Notes under the pieces: model-generated
The model's input: only the letters and a program-made list of their open reading frames with translations
Database searches by the model: none
What the model was told of the DNA's origin: nothing
Assembly (NCBI RefSeq): GCF_030028105.1
Contig: NC_092377.1
Location: 96,106,865-96,170,864 of the forward strand
DNA: 64,000 nucleotides
From: Mobula birostris
Lineage: Eukaryota
Reading direction: 5' to 3'
Position numbers and translations under genes: made by a program
Part shown: positions 13,860 to 25,929 of the stretch, piece after piece
Layout: each line of letters starts with the position of its first letter
Position numbering within the stretch: the first letter of the stretch is position 1

Positions 13860-15215
13860 TGGAATTCGTCAACTTCATCAACTTTACCTCTAACTTCCAC
13901 CCTACCCTTAAATCACTTGCTCCTCTTCTGGGACCTCTCTCCCCTTTCTTCATCTCTCTGTCTCCATCTCTGGGGCAAAAGGTCTACCAATATCTTTTAT
14001 AAGCTGACTGATTCTCACAGCTATCTTGTCTATACATCTTGCCACCTGGAAAGATGCCATTCCCTTTTCTCAGTTCCTTCATCTCCACCACATCTGTTCC
14101 CAAGACGAGGCTTTCCTTTCCAGAACTTTAGAGATGTCCTCCTTTTTCAAAGAACTGGGTTTCCCTTCCTCCACCATTGATGTTGCCTTCACCTGCATCT
14201 CCTCAATTTACTAGACATTCACCGTCACCCCCTCTTCCCAGCGTCTTAACAGGGACAGAGTCCCTCTTGTCCTCACCTACTACCCCATGAGTCTCAGCAT
14301 CCACAACATTATTCCTCACAACATCTGTCTTCAATGGGATCCTACCACCAAACACATCTTTACCTTCCCTCCACTCTGTACTTTTCACAGGGATCACTCC
14401 CTCTGAGACCCCCCTGCCACTAAGCTCCCTCCTCGCACTTAGCCCTACCAAGCAGAAGGCGTGCTTAACCTAGCCATTCACCTCCTCCCTCACCTCCATT
14501 CAGGGCCCCAAGCAGTTCTTCCAGCTGAGGAAACAATTCAGCTGTGAATCTGTTGGGGTCATCTACTGTATCCAGTGCTCCCGATGTGGCAGCCTATACA
14601 TTGGTGAGGCCAACTTTGCCGAGCACTTCCGCAACAAGGAAGATTACTCACTGACCAACCATTTTAACTCCAGTCCCCATTCCCATTTGACTGGTGAGTC
14701 CATGGCTCCTCTCCTGCCATCATGAGGCCACACTCAGGTTGGAGGAGCAACAGCTCATATTCTGTCTGGGTGAAGACATGAACATTGTTTTCTCTTATTT
14801 CCAGTAATTTTTCCCCCTTCTCCCTTTCTTCTCTCTTCTTTCATTCCCCGCACTGGCTCCCTCTTACCTCTTCTCTTCTCCTTACCTGCCTATCACATCC
14901 CTCTTGTGTCCTTCCTCCTTCCCTTTCTCCCATGGTCCACTCTTTTCTCTATCAGATTCCTTCTTCTCCAGCCCTTTACCTTTTCCATCCAACACCTCCC
15001 AACTTCTCACTTCATCCCTCCTTCCTCCACCCACCTGGCTTCACCTTTCACCTTCTAGCTTTTACTCTCCCCCCACCTCTTCTTAATCTGACTTCTTCCC
15101 GCTTTCTTTCCAGTCCTGATAAAGGGTCTTGGCTCGAGATGTTGATTGTGTAATCCTTTCCACTCATGCTGCCTGGCTTGCTAAGTTCCTCCAGCGTTTT
15201 GTATGATGTGCTTCT
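13860..15215 (+). mobile_element. Penelope-like element (RT end + GIY-YIG endonuclease remnant + hammerhead-like tail)
   Basis: AIPFSQFLHLHHICSQDEAF; GVIYCIQCSRCGSLYIGE at about 14555-14610 (GIY-YIG). Confidence 0.85.
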
Positions 15216-15482
15216 ATCCTCCCATTTGACACTATGACACATACTGTATTTCACACACCTTTGCACATTGCTTGTTTGTTATTTGTCAGTCTTTATGTGT
15301 AGATTTTCATAAATTCTATTGTATTTCTTTATATTCCTGTAAATGCCTTCACGAAAATGTATCTCAAGATAGTATATGGTAACATATATGTACTTTGATA
15401 AAAATATACCATGACTTTGACGACTTCTAAAGGTCATAATGCAAAGCATCTGAAAAGAACTACTACTCCCATGACGCTCTCA

Positions 15483-15836
<354 letters not shown>

Positions 15837-17637
15837 TTACAAAAACACAAGAGTCTCAATAAAGTGGTGTGACCTTGAGGAGGCTGCAGTACACACGCCA
15901 CACATGATCGTTCATTCAACCAATTAACCAGCTTCACTAACCAAAAGTCAAAGGAGACTCCCGGATACCGAACCGCCGTTTATCGAAAGCGTGAATCTCT
16001 GCTTTCTTCCAACACACTTTCAATTCTCTACAAGCAAATCAGTTGTATGTCGGACCGTCATCTTTTTAATACTAATTGTGAATTTGAGAAGGTTCGGCTT
16101 ATTTTACTCAGAGTGACATTTCAATTAATACTCTGTGTGTATATAATTAAAAATATACAAATTGAATTGTCTTTATGTAGTATAAAACAAAATTTATAAT
16201 TGATTAGCGACTTATTAATTAGTAAATAATATGAAATTAGCATAATACCTGATTACTGTTACACATAATCAGGAATAATGTACCGTATTAAACTTTATTT
16301 AATATATAATCTGAAGTGATGCAATTTATATTTTTATATAAAGTGTAATCTGAAATATGTGCAAGCCGAAATAACTAATTGGTATCATATAGTGTATACA
16401 ATCTGAAATAATGTAATTGGAATTACGTTTAATATCATGTATGAATTTGTAAATAATATAGTTTGCATAACATTAGTTCCAATTATACAATATGCTGTGT
16501 AATATAATACAAGTTGAATAAGTTCTGTAGATTTTACACGGGCATTGGACAGCCTGAACTGTACAATTTAAATATAATTTATTGTAGAAGCTAATAATTT
16601 GAGCTGCTCCACTGCTCTGCTAATTTTATAGAGCTGATTCAGCCTTCAATTCAGCAAAAAAGGATCCTTTGAACTAATTCTGTGCTAAAAGATGATACAC
16701 AAAATTGTAATGGAATCATAATTTACAATTTATGATTGAAACTTCAACGTTTAGTAAGTTGATAAAGGATTGTAGTGTGATCAATAAATTGGATTGTACG
16801 TAGGCACAACTGAAATAATGTTTTATACAAGGCGCTCCACATTCAATCATATAATATTTACATAATGCACAATCGGATAATTCGGTTTGCCCAGTGATAT
16901 TAAATTCTACAGAGCAGATTGAATTTGCTTCTTAAATATGATGTGTAATCGGAAATAATAAATACTACTTTTAATAATAAATTTAAAAACTATAACTCAC
17001 AGAGCGAGTTAGTGGATCAGTTTATTTCGTTCGATTGATCAATAAAATAATTAATGTTGTCCAGTTATGTAGTACACATATTACAATGTACGACTATAAA
17101 AATAAGCTACAGAAGGTGCTTTTAGGGAAAAATGGATCTCTCCCTCGCTGTATAACAATGTATGAAAATAAGAAAAAAGCTGGAGACGCTGTACAGGTGC
17201 TCAGTCACGTTAACCTTGTTTCTCTTCCCACCTGCTGAGCATTTGCAACGTTTTCCTATTTGATTTAACATAATGTTTAATATAACGAAAATCTGTATTT
17301 CATTCATACTTGATATTGTTTCACATTATTCGTTATATTACAGGCATACATTAATATATGCCTGTGATTTTGTTTAGTGTGCAATTTCAATACACTAAAA
17401 TGAATATGTTACTTTCGATTTCTGATATAAAATATATTAAAACAATGTGCACTGTATTAAATAAATTGAAGGTAATTTTTATTTGCTATGCCAAGGTATT
17501 TTTTTTGGGGGGGGGGGTCTTTACCTTGCGGTCCTTATTAATGCGCGGCTCTCTGGGTCTCGTTTAGAGACGAAGATTTCTCTTTACTTTGCCGAGTTTG
17601 GTGATGATTAACCAGAGTTCCAGCAGCTTGGCCTTAC

Positions 17638-17837
17638 CTTGATTTTCGTTCGCAAGACACTGCGCTTTTTGAATTCCGACTCCAGAACTTGCTCTTCAGC
17701 ATTCTCCTGGCCCGGTTCGGTCTTGCAAAGGAGGCGGCGCTCGTTTGAATCGTTTAACAGTTCGTCCAAACCGATTGTTCCAGGTGCGGTATTTTCGGTT
17801 TTCCCTTCTTGGTAACCCGGGAAACTATTCAAAATGA
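17638..17837 (-). CDS. OVOL2: OVOL2 coding exon 2
   Basis: Acceptor ttcccatttccag; (V)ILNSFPGYQEGK...KKRSVLRTKIK; donor GTAAGG; 200 nt, phases 1/0 match the flanking exons. Confidence 0.9.
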
Positions 17838-18697
17838 CTGGAAATGGGAAATAAAACTTTTACACAACGGTGACCGGTGCAGGGTGATCGTTGCGGGGAC
17901 CGTTGGCCGTTGGGAGCAGTTTGAACAATGGGTTGTGATTTTTTTTTTAGTTTGTTTGAATTCTGGGTGTTGTCGGGCACTCCGATCAGTCTCCGACTGA
18001 AAGGAATGCAATGTGATACCCGCCATGAATTCGACCCTTGGCCGGCGCCTGTAGAAGCGGAGCGGGGCCCCGGGTCCCGTTATGTTTACGCTGGCAGGTT
18101 GCAGTTTTAAGCGACAATGTGGGTTGGGAGGGGGTGCCCTCCGTGTACGAAGACGCCGACTCCCCTCCCCCTCCTCGAATCTGCCAACAGACCTGGAGAC
18201 TGGTGGAATCAGAGGGCAGAGAGCGCCCACGCTGCAGTATAAACACTACCTGCCCTTTTATGGGACTTCGGTATCCGGAAGCATTGCGGTGCCCCGTTGA
18301 AAGCTCCCCGTTCTCTTCCGAGATGGAAACCCGCCCAAATGAAGAAGTGGGGAGGGGGGCTAGAGTGTTCGTCTTCAGCTCAGTGTTAGACCACCGTGAG
18401 ACTGCGCCTCTTTCACGGGCTCTGCCCGCTGTACTTGTTTGGACCTTGTTCGAGCATTCTCCCAACAGGCTGTAAAGGTAGATTGATGCTGATAGTGAGA
18501 GGGCTTTTTTTTGTGTGCGCGGGACAGAAGGCCAGTCAATAGTCTCTGCCCCTCTCCCTATTTTTATCCCGTATTCCCTTTCTCCTCTGCTCTCCTTGCC
18601 CCGGCACCCCTCCCCCCCCCCCCGCGCCCTCACCCCCCCCCCACCCCCAGCTCTGGCCACCTTCACCCCCGGCCAAGCCTGCTCACGTCCGCTTCAC

Positions 18698-18797
18698 CTG
18701 GTATGTAGGTGTCGGCGCGCTCCTCGTCGGGCAGCCCGTTCCAGTCGCGGATCTCGGGATAAGGCTCCTTCCTTTTCACCAGGAATGTCCTGGGCAT
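18698..18797 (-). CDS. OVOL2: OVOL2 coding exon 1 (SNAG repressor motif)
   Basis: gccATG at 18797; MPRTFLVKRKEPYPEIRDWNGLPDEERADTYIP + G, then donor GTGAAG; 100 nt, phase 1. RADTYIP is OVOL2-type rather than OVOL1-type (GEIYVP). Confidence 0.93.
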
Positions 18798-20355
18798 GGC
18801 TGCGAGCGCTCGGCGGGGATGCAGCAGAAGCCGGGTTCCCTCCTACCTCCAGCTGACCCCCCTTTCCTTCATACAAATCGGATCCTTCTCCAGGCTAAGT
18901 CCCGAGCCTCCAGGTGTCTGGGGAGAGGCCGATCCCGCTTCCTCCGGAGTCTTTGCTTTATTTTAGAGAAGGCTTGGCGAGGCGAGGTGTTGAGAGAAAG
19001 ACCCACCTGGCCAGCTACCTTTGCGCTAACAGGAAAAAGTTTGCTCCTGTAATTGAAAATACAACAGGAAATTTGCGAGGGCGCATGCGTTCTGAGAAAA
19101 TAACGGTGTCAACAAGCCCTTGTACCTGTCTGACCGGTTGGTACAGCTTCGTTTTGTTCCCTGCCCTTCTCATCGCACGGATGTTTGCAAAACGGCCAAC
19201 GATACAGCGACCTTTGTTGGTTTTTGTGCTCTGCACACGTTTAATATAAGGATATGCTTCTTCCAACAAAGATGTTTTACTCATTGACCGGTAGCATATT
19301 TCACCAAACTTTGATCATCCCAAGTTTTCGCTGTATTCTGCCCTCCCCCTTATAGAGTTTCTGCGATTTTCACCCCCAGATTTAGACGAGCTAACCAGGT
19401 GAAGTGAGAGAAAGCGGTGTGGGGTTTTCCGGTGCTGGACTGCATCGGGATTGACTGTGTTCGCAGCCAATCCAAGTGCATACCTGGATTTTTTTTTAAA
19501 TGCCTGGAAGGGGTTTGCAAGCATTTACCACCCTTCCTGTTAAGATGAAATCTGAGATCATATCAGCTCTTGTAATAAATATGGCTGGTCGTTGAGAAGG
19601 GCAAACAGTTTATTGAACGGCAGGAAAGTGTACCGCCTCCCTCTCTCCTCCCCGTTTAAACCCACCCCACACCTTCTGAAAAGGTGATGCCCAAATCGAG
19701 GATCGCGCATGAAGTATCAAACCGCGCGGTTCTATTTCCACACGGGGTGCAGAGAGCGTCAGCTGAACTGGAGAAGCGAGGCGCTACTTCGTGTACCGTA
19801 TTCAGGCAGGCTAACCTACGCGAGTTCCACTGCCGGAGAGAGATCTCCCTTCCTCCGGTTCAGGGCGCGTTGCTTCATTTATTTAGCAAATCTCCCCTAG
19901 CGTGTTCTTGCATTGTGTCAGTTCCAAAACTGCTAATCGCTTGCTGTGGTGTGAAGAGCCACCCCACTCGCCTTCCACCGTCACCACCGCCGCTTCGTTT
20001 TTAACCAGATTAATAGTCTCTTGTACACATCTCTCTATGCGCTTCTACAAAATTTAACTCCCAGACATTTACGCCGCGTTTCGGCTGAATAGACACTCTA
20101 CCGAGAACCTCTTGCTCACTCCCGTTGACTAAACCAGGCGTCACCAGCACGTGGTAACGGTTTAGGAATTTCCACTTGCACAAAAGCCGCGCGAAACACT
20201 AAACCGTAGGGTTTGTCTCTCAATCTCACTGGGAGCAAATAGTTGTTTTCGCCTTACGGACATCCATGGGCAGAAGAGTGGCTGCGGGCAAGGGTATGAA
20301 ATAACAGGTACGCCGCTCTGCTGGCAATGATTGGGCTGCTGGTCACTGCTACAAG

Positions 20356-20880
20356 TTTTTTTTCCAAAAATACTTTATTCAGAAATATTACAAAATAAAA
20401 ATAATTACATACAGGAAAAGAAAACCATTCGTTGACTGTGAGTCCTTATTCAATACAGTTATTAACAATAAAAATTTTGCGTTGACTCTGTTCATTTACA
20501 AATGAAAGATGTTTACAGTAAATCATGCGTTTACTCTCAACCCTTGGTCAAGAGTTAAGACTTATTAACAATCAAAATTTTCAACAATAAAGGCAGGCAA
20601 TGGCTCTAATACTTTCCCAAATTAACAATTCCACCCACTCCTTGGGCACCATGTTGATTATCTGTCCACACCGCTGATGAGGGTAGGTCTCCTCCCCACA
20701 CAACGGGTGATGAACGTTAAACTGTGTTCCTTCCCCACCGGGCCTTCGCGGTGGCTGCACCAAGTTTGAGTGCATCCCTCAGAACGTACTCCTGCAGACG
20801 AGAGTGTGCCAGTCGGCAGCATTCTCCCACGGACATCTCCGTCAGCTGGCAGACCACCAAGTTTCGGGCCGACCAAGTTT
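20356..20880 (-). mobile_element. Tx1/L1-clade LINE 3' end with 3'UTR and A-tail
   Basis: WSARNLVVCQLTEMSVGECCRLAHSRLQEYVLRDALKLGAATAKARWG*; on minus strand AATAAA followed by an A-run at about 20356-20375. Confidence 0.7.
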
Positions 20881-21199
20881 TGCAGTTGTGGTCAAAGTAA
20901 AATAGTATTGTGCGAACGATTAGTAACTCCACAGTCAAAAACACGCGAGTAACAATCTTCCAGCAGGCACAAAGGTGACTTACTGATAAAATTCGTTGGT
21001 TTTTGAAACTTGTGCTCAAATTGAATGTAGAAACGTTTGTGTAGAAAACTGCATAACGAACTTTCCCTCGGGTTGGTTTCGCATTTCTTTACTGAATGAC
21101 TTGTTTTCACGGGTATACCATTGGTGTTGGTTTGGTGGGCTGGTGAAGGGAAGAGCCGATAGGGATGCCCCTGTCACATGATTGCTGGATCAACCATCG

Positions 21200-21620
21200 C
21201 ATAATCCAAAAACATACAGTACCTCCATCAAACCCGGTCCCAATGCAGAAAACGGTGGCTACCATCCAGACCATCGCAGGCAAAATCCTCCCCACCACGG
21301 AGCGCATTTACAGGGAGCACTGCCGCAGGAAAGCGGCATCCATCATCACGGACCTCCTCATTCCAGGCCACTCCTTCATTTCCCTACTACCATCAGGCAG
21401 GAGATACGGGAGCTGCAGGTCGCACACCACCAGGGTCAGGTACAGATATTATTCTTCAGCCGTCACGCTCTTGAACCTGCACCGATAACTTTACTCTCCT
21501 CAACTCTGAACTGATTTCACAGCCAACAGACTCACTTTCAAGGCCTCTACAATACACGTTCCCAGTATTTATCTTTGCACAATCTGTCTTATTTTGCACA
21601 TTGGTTGATCGTCAGTCTTT
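21200..21620 (+). mobile_element. Rex/L2-type LINE 3' fragment
   Basis: CRRKAASIITD...HSFISLLPSGRRYGSCRSHTTR. Confidence 0.7.
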
Positions 21621-21629
21621 AATAATGTA

Positions 21630-22470
21630 CAGTGGCATGCAAAAGTTCAGGCACCCCTGGTCAAAATTTCTGTTACTGTGAACAGCTGAGCCAGTAAAAG
21701 ATGAACTGATTTCCAAAAGGCATAAAGTTAAAGATGACACATTTCTTTAATACTTTAAGCGAGAAAACTTCTTTATTTCCATCTTTTACTGTTTCAAAAT
21801 AACAAAAAAAGAAACGAGCTGAAGCAAAAGTTTGGGCACCCTGCATGGCAGTACTTAGTAACACCCCCTCTGGCAAGTATCACAGCTTGTAAATGCTTTT
21901 TGTAGCCAGCTAAGAGTCTTTCAATCCTTGTTTGGGGGATTTTTACCCATTCTTCCTTGCAAAAGCCTTCTGGTTCAGTGAGATTCTTGGGCTGTCTTGC
22001 ATGCACTGCTCTTTTCAGGTCTATCCACAGATTCTCGATGATGTTTAGGTCGGGGGACTGTGAGGGCCATGGCAAAACCTTCACCTTGCACCTCTTGAGG
22101 TAGTCTATTGTGGATTTTGAAGTGTGCTTCGGATCATTATCCTGTTGTAAAAGCCATCCTCTTTTCATCTTAGGCTTTTTTACAGATGGTGTGATGTTTG
22201 CTTCCAGACTTTGCTGGTATTCAATTGAATTCATTCTTCCCTCTACCAGTGAAATGTTCCCCGTGCCACTGGCTGCAGCACAAGCTCAAAGCATGATTGA
22301 TCCACCTCCGTGCTTAACATTTGGAGAGGTGTTCTTTTCATGAAATTCTGCACCCTTTCTTCTCCAAACATACCTTTGCTCATTGCGGCCAAAAAGTTCT
22401 ATTTTAACTTCATCAGTCCACAGGATTTGTTTCCAAAATGCATCAGGCTTGTTTAGATGTTCCTTTGAAT
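21630..22470 (-). mobile_element. Tc1 transposon 3' half (transposase pseudogene + long terminal repeat with internal direct repeat)
   Basis: TA|CAGTGGCATGCAAAAGTT terminus; inner repeat GCAAAAGTTTGGGCACCC at 21824; QQDNDPKH...WPSQSPDLNIIENLW catalytic-domain motifs; the usual stop after TKY appears lost. Confidence 0.9.
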
Positions 22471-22471
22471 T

Positions 22472-25400
22472 TTATGAATAGAACTTTTTGGCCGCAATGA
22501 TATCAATGTGATCCTTGAGCTTGGTGGTTTTTAGCAAGAGTTGAAATGTCTGGTTCACGTGTGACAGCAAAAGACTTAAGTCCCCATATGTAACAATGTC
22601 TAAGCAGTTTCTGTTCTTGGTGAGTACGTGGCTCACTGCACTGGAGCCTCTTTCAACAAGATAGGAGGATGGAAATGCAATGAAGAGCAGTTTGGCTCTT
22701 CTCCAAAGACCAGGAAACTTCATATGACAGTGTCGCCATATACCACAAAAGAGGACATTTTTGAAAAAAGCATTTTTGCTTCTTCATCATTCTGAATTTC
22801 AATAATTTCTTCCTGCAAGCTCTCTTCCTGTTATTCCACCTTGAAAAGGAATGGGTTAATTACAAATACATGAATTGATTCTGAAAATCCTTCTTCAGTG
22901 ACTGCAGGTGTAAGCAGTACACTTGCATATCACCGTCTGTGAAAGAGAATGCCATTCTTCTCCCAATCTTTTGCCTATATATTTCCAATTTTTCAATAAA
23001 AGTGGACACTGCATTTTGGCCTGGATTAAAGTGAAATTCTCATCCTGCCAATTCATATTTAGAATGTTCATTTTGCCATACAGATCGACTAGGTATGCCA
23101 CATCTCCATGTAGAAGTTCAATCTTGTTTCCCAAGGTCTTGTCAACTTTGAACAAAATTCAACCAGTGTCAAAAAGATCAAAGAAATTTTTAAAGCAGCA
23201 GCCTTTTGAGAGCCAATGGACTTCAGTGTGAAGAAGCAGGCATTTAAACACTCTATCGCTATCTTGGCACAACTGGTGAAACATTCTGCTATTTGATAGA
23301 TGAGCCTTAATTTTGTTGACAGTAGATATTACAAGAGTCATGTTTGAAAAAAAGTTACAGGCTGAGTTTTTGGCTGCAAACCTTGATGATGAATTGCACA
23401 ATGGATTACAAAGAGAGTTGGAATTTCTTTTTTCATTAATGCCACTAAACTAGCATGGCGACCTGTCAAATATGGTGCTCCATCTGTTGTACAAGAAATC
23501 ATGCTCCTAATTAGAATACTTTTATTCTCAATGTGCATTTTGAGTTCTTTGTAGATTGATTCTCTGTTGATATTTGTTTTTAACTTTTACAAAAGAGAAT
23601 CTCTTCATAAACTTTTCCATTTTTGATAAACCATACATATGCCTTCAACAATGCTTCATTGTCTCACACAGTTAACTTATCCAATTGTATCCCAAACTCT
23701 GTTTTTTTGTAGTTCTGTGCATAGTTGATCCTCAATGTCTTCACTCATTTCAACAATATGACGAGCTACAGAGTTATTACACAGAGGAATTGATCTTAAA
23801 ATACTGATATCCATTTTGAGAACAGTGGTGAGCAGTTCCGATTCAGCAGGCATTATTAATCCTTTACAAGTCGTATGGGATTTTCCACACTTTGCTATCA
23901 TTTTGGAAATGTTATAGGAAGCAATGAGACCATTATCAAGGTCATTTTTAGCTTTCTTGGCAAATGACTGGAGTGTGCAATGCTTTTCAAATGCTTCCTT
24001 CATCTTCAGGAATTGAGTGATACCAAAGTAGCCTTTTCAGGGTTTCTTTTATAGGATCAATAGGTACATTTAATGTCAGAGAAATGTATACAACATACAT
24101 CCTGAAATTCTTTTTCTTTGCAAACATCCACAAAAACAGAGGAGTGCCCCAAAGAATGAACGACAGTTAAACGTTAGAACCCCAAATCCCCCCCCAGCTC
24201 CCCTCCACGTACAAGCAGCAGCAAGGCAATGACTCCCCCTCCTCCACCCGCAAAAAACATCAGCGCCCTCCACTGAGCACTCAAGCATGCAGCAAAGCAC
24301 TCAAGCATGCAGTACCCCGAAGACTACTCGTTCACCCAGGAATTCGATATACCATAGGCTCTCTCTCTCCCTAATAAGGGAAAAAGAAGTGTTCCCGTTT
24401 CACAGTGAGAGGGGAGACATAACAAACAACTCACTGATTTATGGTGTTAAATATCTGTTGCGTCGCTTTTTCCGAGTTCTTCACTCAGAATGGGCCCCAG
24501 AAAGGCTCACTTCTCTGGACACACAGCCAGCATCTAACCCACTGCTCTCGATGTTCCCTATTCTCCCGCAACGCCTCAGTCAGAGGCTTCGGCCTTGAAT
24601 CAGCCCGTCTCCATAACCACAAAAATCCAGCACCCTGAAGGCATGCTAGTCTTCCAGGCCGTGTCCTTGGCTGGTCGTGAGGCCCCGAGAGTGGGTCCCA
24701 TTCCCACAAAGAACCGAAGTCAGAGTGTAACTTCAGGTCAGGGTCTTCAAAAGAACCTTGAAAAGGGAAAAAAGAGATATCAAAGATAGAAATAAAGCTG
24801 TTTCCAATGATGCAAGCAGAGGAGTCGCCGTTTAGTGTCATCTTGACTTTACTCTGCCCTCCAGTCAAGCGTTCCGGCAACCTTGATGGTTTCATAGTGT
24901 CATTGGACAGTACAGCATTACAAATAGGACACATGGGGCATTGCTGGATTGACAGGAACAGAATAAAACCACTCTCCAGGTACGTAACATTGTATTGACA
25001 CACTTTCTGCACTTTCTTTTTCTTAGCAGGATTAGAATTCAAGGGTTCCTAGAAATTGTGCCGTACATATTTATCCATCATTAATGGGGTTAAATTAAAA
25101 TAAAAAGTTAATACAAACTGGGAATGTTATTGGATATTGATGCTGATCGGATGCTATCGGCAGCAAGTTGACATGGATGGAACGATGGTAGCGGCACACA
25201 GAGGAACGATGAGGCGAAGATGATCACAACAGTGAAAATTACGCTGACAAGGATTCAGATTGGAATCTGAATCTTAATTGGGATAGAGCTGGTGTTCGGC
25301 AAGCTACCCTTATACTATTCCAGTTAGCATGATTGACCAATTGCATAAGATGGTTCTTGACTGCACATATGAATCCAAGGTTGTTCTGAACACCTGAAAT

Positions 25401-25576
25401 GCAATCGTCGGGATCGCCAGATTCACCGTTTGGTTTCGGCCAGCACTGTATCCTTGCACGACCTGTTTTCTGTAGATCTGTAGAGAAAGTTTGAGAGGAC
25501 GTACTTGACTTGCCAACTGTTAAATTGCATGAACTCATTCTGTGCCGCGAGTCAAGGGAAACCTTTGGGCACCCTG
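22472..25576 (-). mobile_element. hAT Charlie/Buster-type transposon, decayed, interrupted at about 24054-24870
   Basis: BED-finger-like CPICNAVLSNDTMKPSRL; CTTDGAP; IHCAIH; LLHTEVHWLSKG; FPSSYLVERG. Terminus CAGGGTGCCCAAA...CGCGGCACA read on minus from 25576. Confidence 0.85.
24054..24870 (-). mobile_element. Non-autonomous retroelement nested in the hAT transposase
   Basis: Transposase reading (MKPSRLPE... / ...PEKAT) breaks and resumes across it. Confidence 0.6.
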
Positions 25577-25929
25577 ATTGCTAGTTTATGCATTCCCAAT
25601 AAGGTCTGTTCGGTTGGTAAGGTCAGATGAGATTGCCGAGATTCAGACGTGTGGTGACGACGAGTGCTCACTGCATGCAGAGCTATGGTTCTTCCTGTAT
25701 TCCAGTGCCTCTTTCTTTTTTTTTGGGAAATGCCTGCTCTACTAACAGTTGGTCAGGCCTCCTGCCTCAAGTCAGGGTGCTGCTTACAACCTCCCAAGAA
25801 TCTTGAACACCCTGACAACTTCTATTTCCCCTCACGTCCCCTGAGGGCACAAAACCTTATGAAGCATCCCTCGTTGGGAATCACTGATGTACACATATGC
25901 CACAAGTTGCTGAGTAGAGTGAACAGAAT

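Larger units (their letters stand above)
17550..20340. promoter_or_regulatory. CpG/GC-rich island over OVOL2 promoter, exon 1, intron 1 and exon 2
   Basis: Visibly high CpG density and no recognisable repeats, in contrast to the CpG-poor flanks. Confidence 0.75.

Noticed and set aside
17829-19284. Many overlapping 60-226 aa ORFs
   Set aside because: Stop-poor CpG island (OVOL2 intron 1/promoter); no recognisable domains.
22472-25042. Domesticated ZBED/SCAND3-like gene
   Set aside because: Multiple frameshifts, stops and a nested insertion; it is a transposon fossil.
21831-25576. 13-nt identity TTTGGGCACCCTG between the Tc1 inner repeat and the hAT end, suggesting one composite transposon
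   Set aside because: Direct rather than inverted orientation and no shared TSD; probably coincidental.
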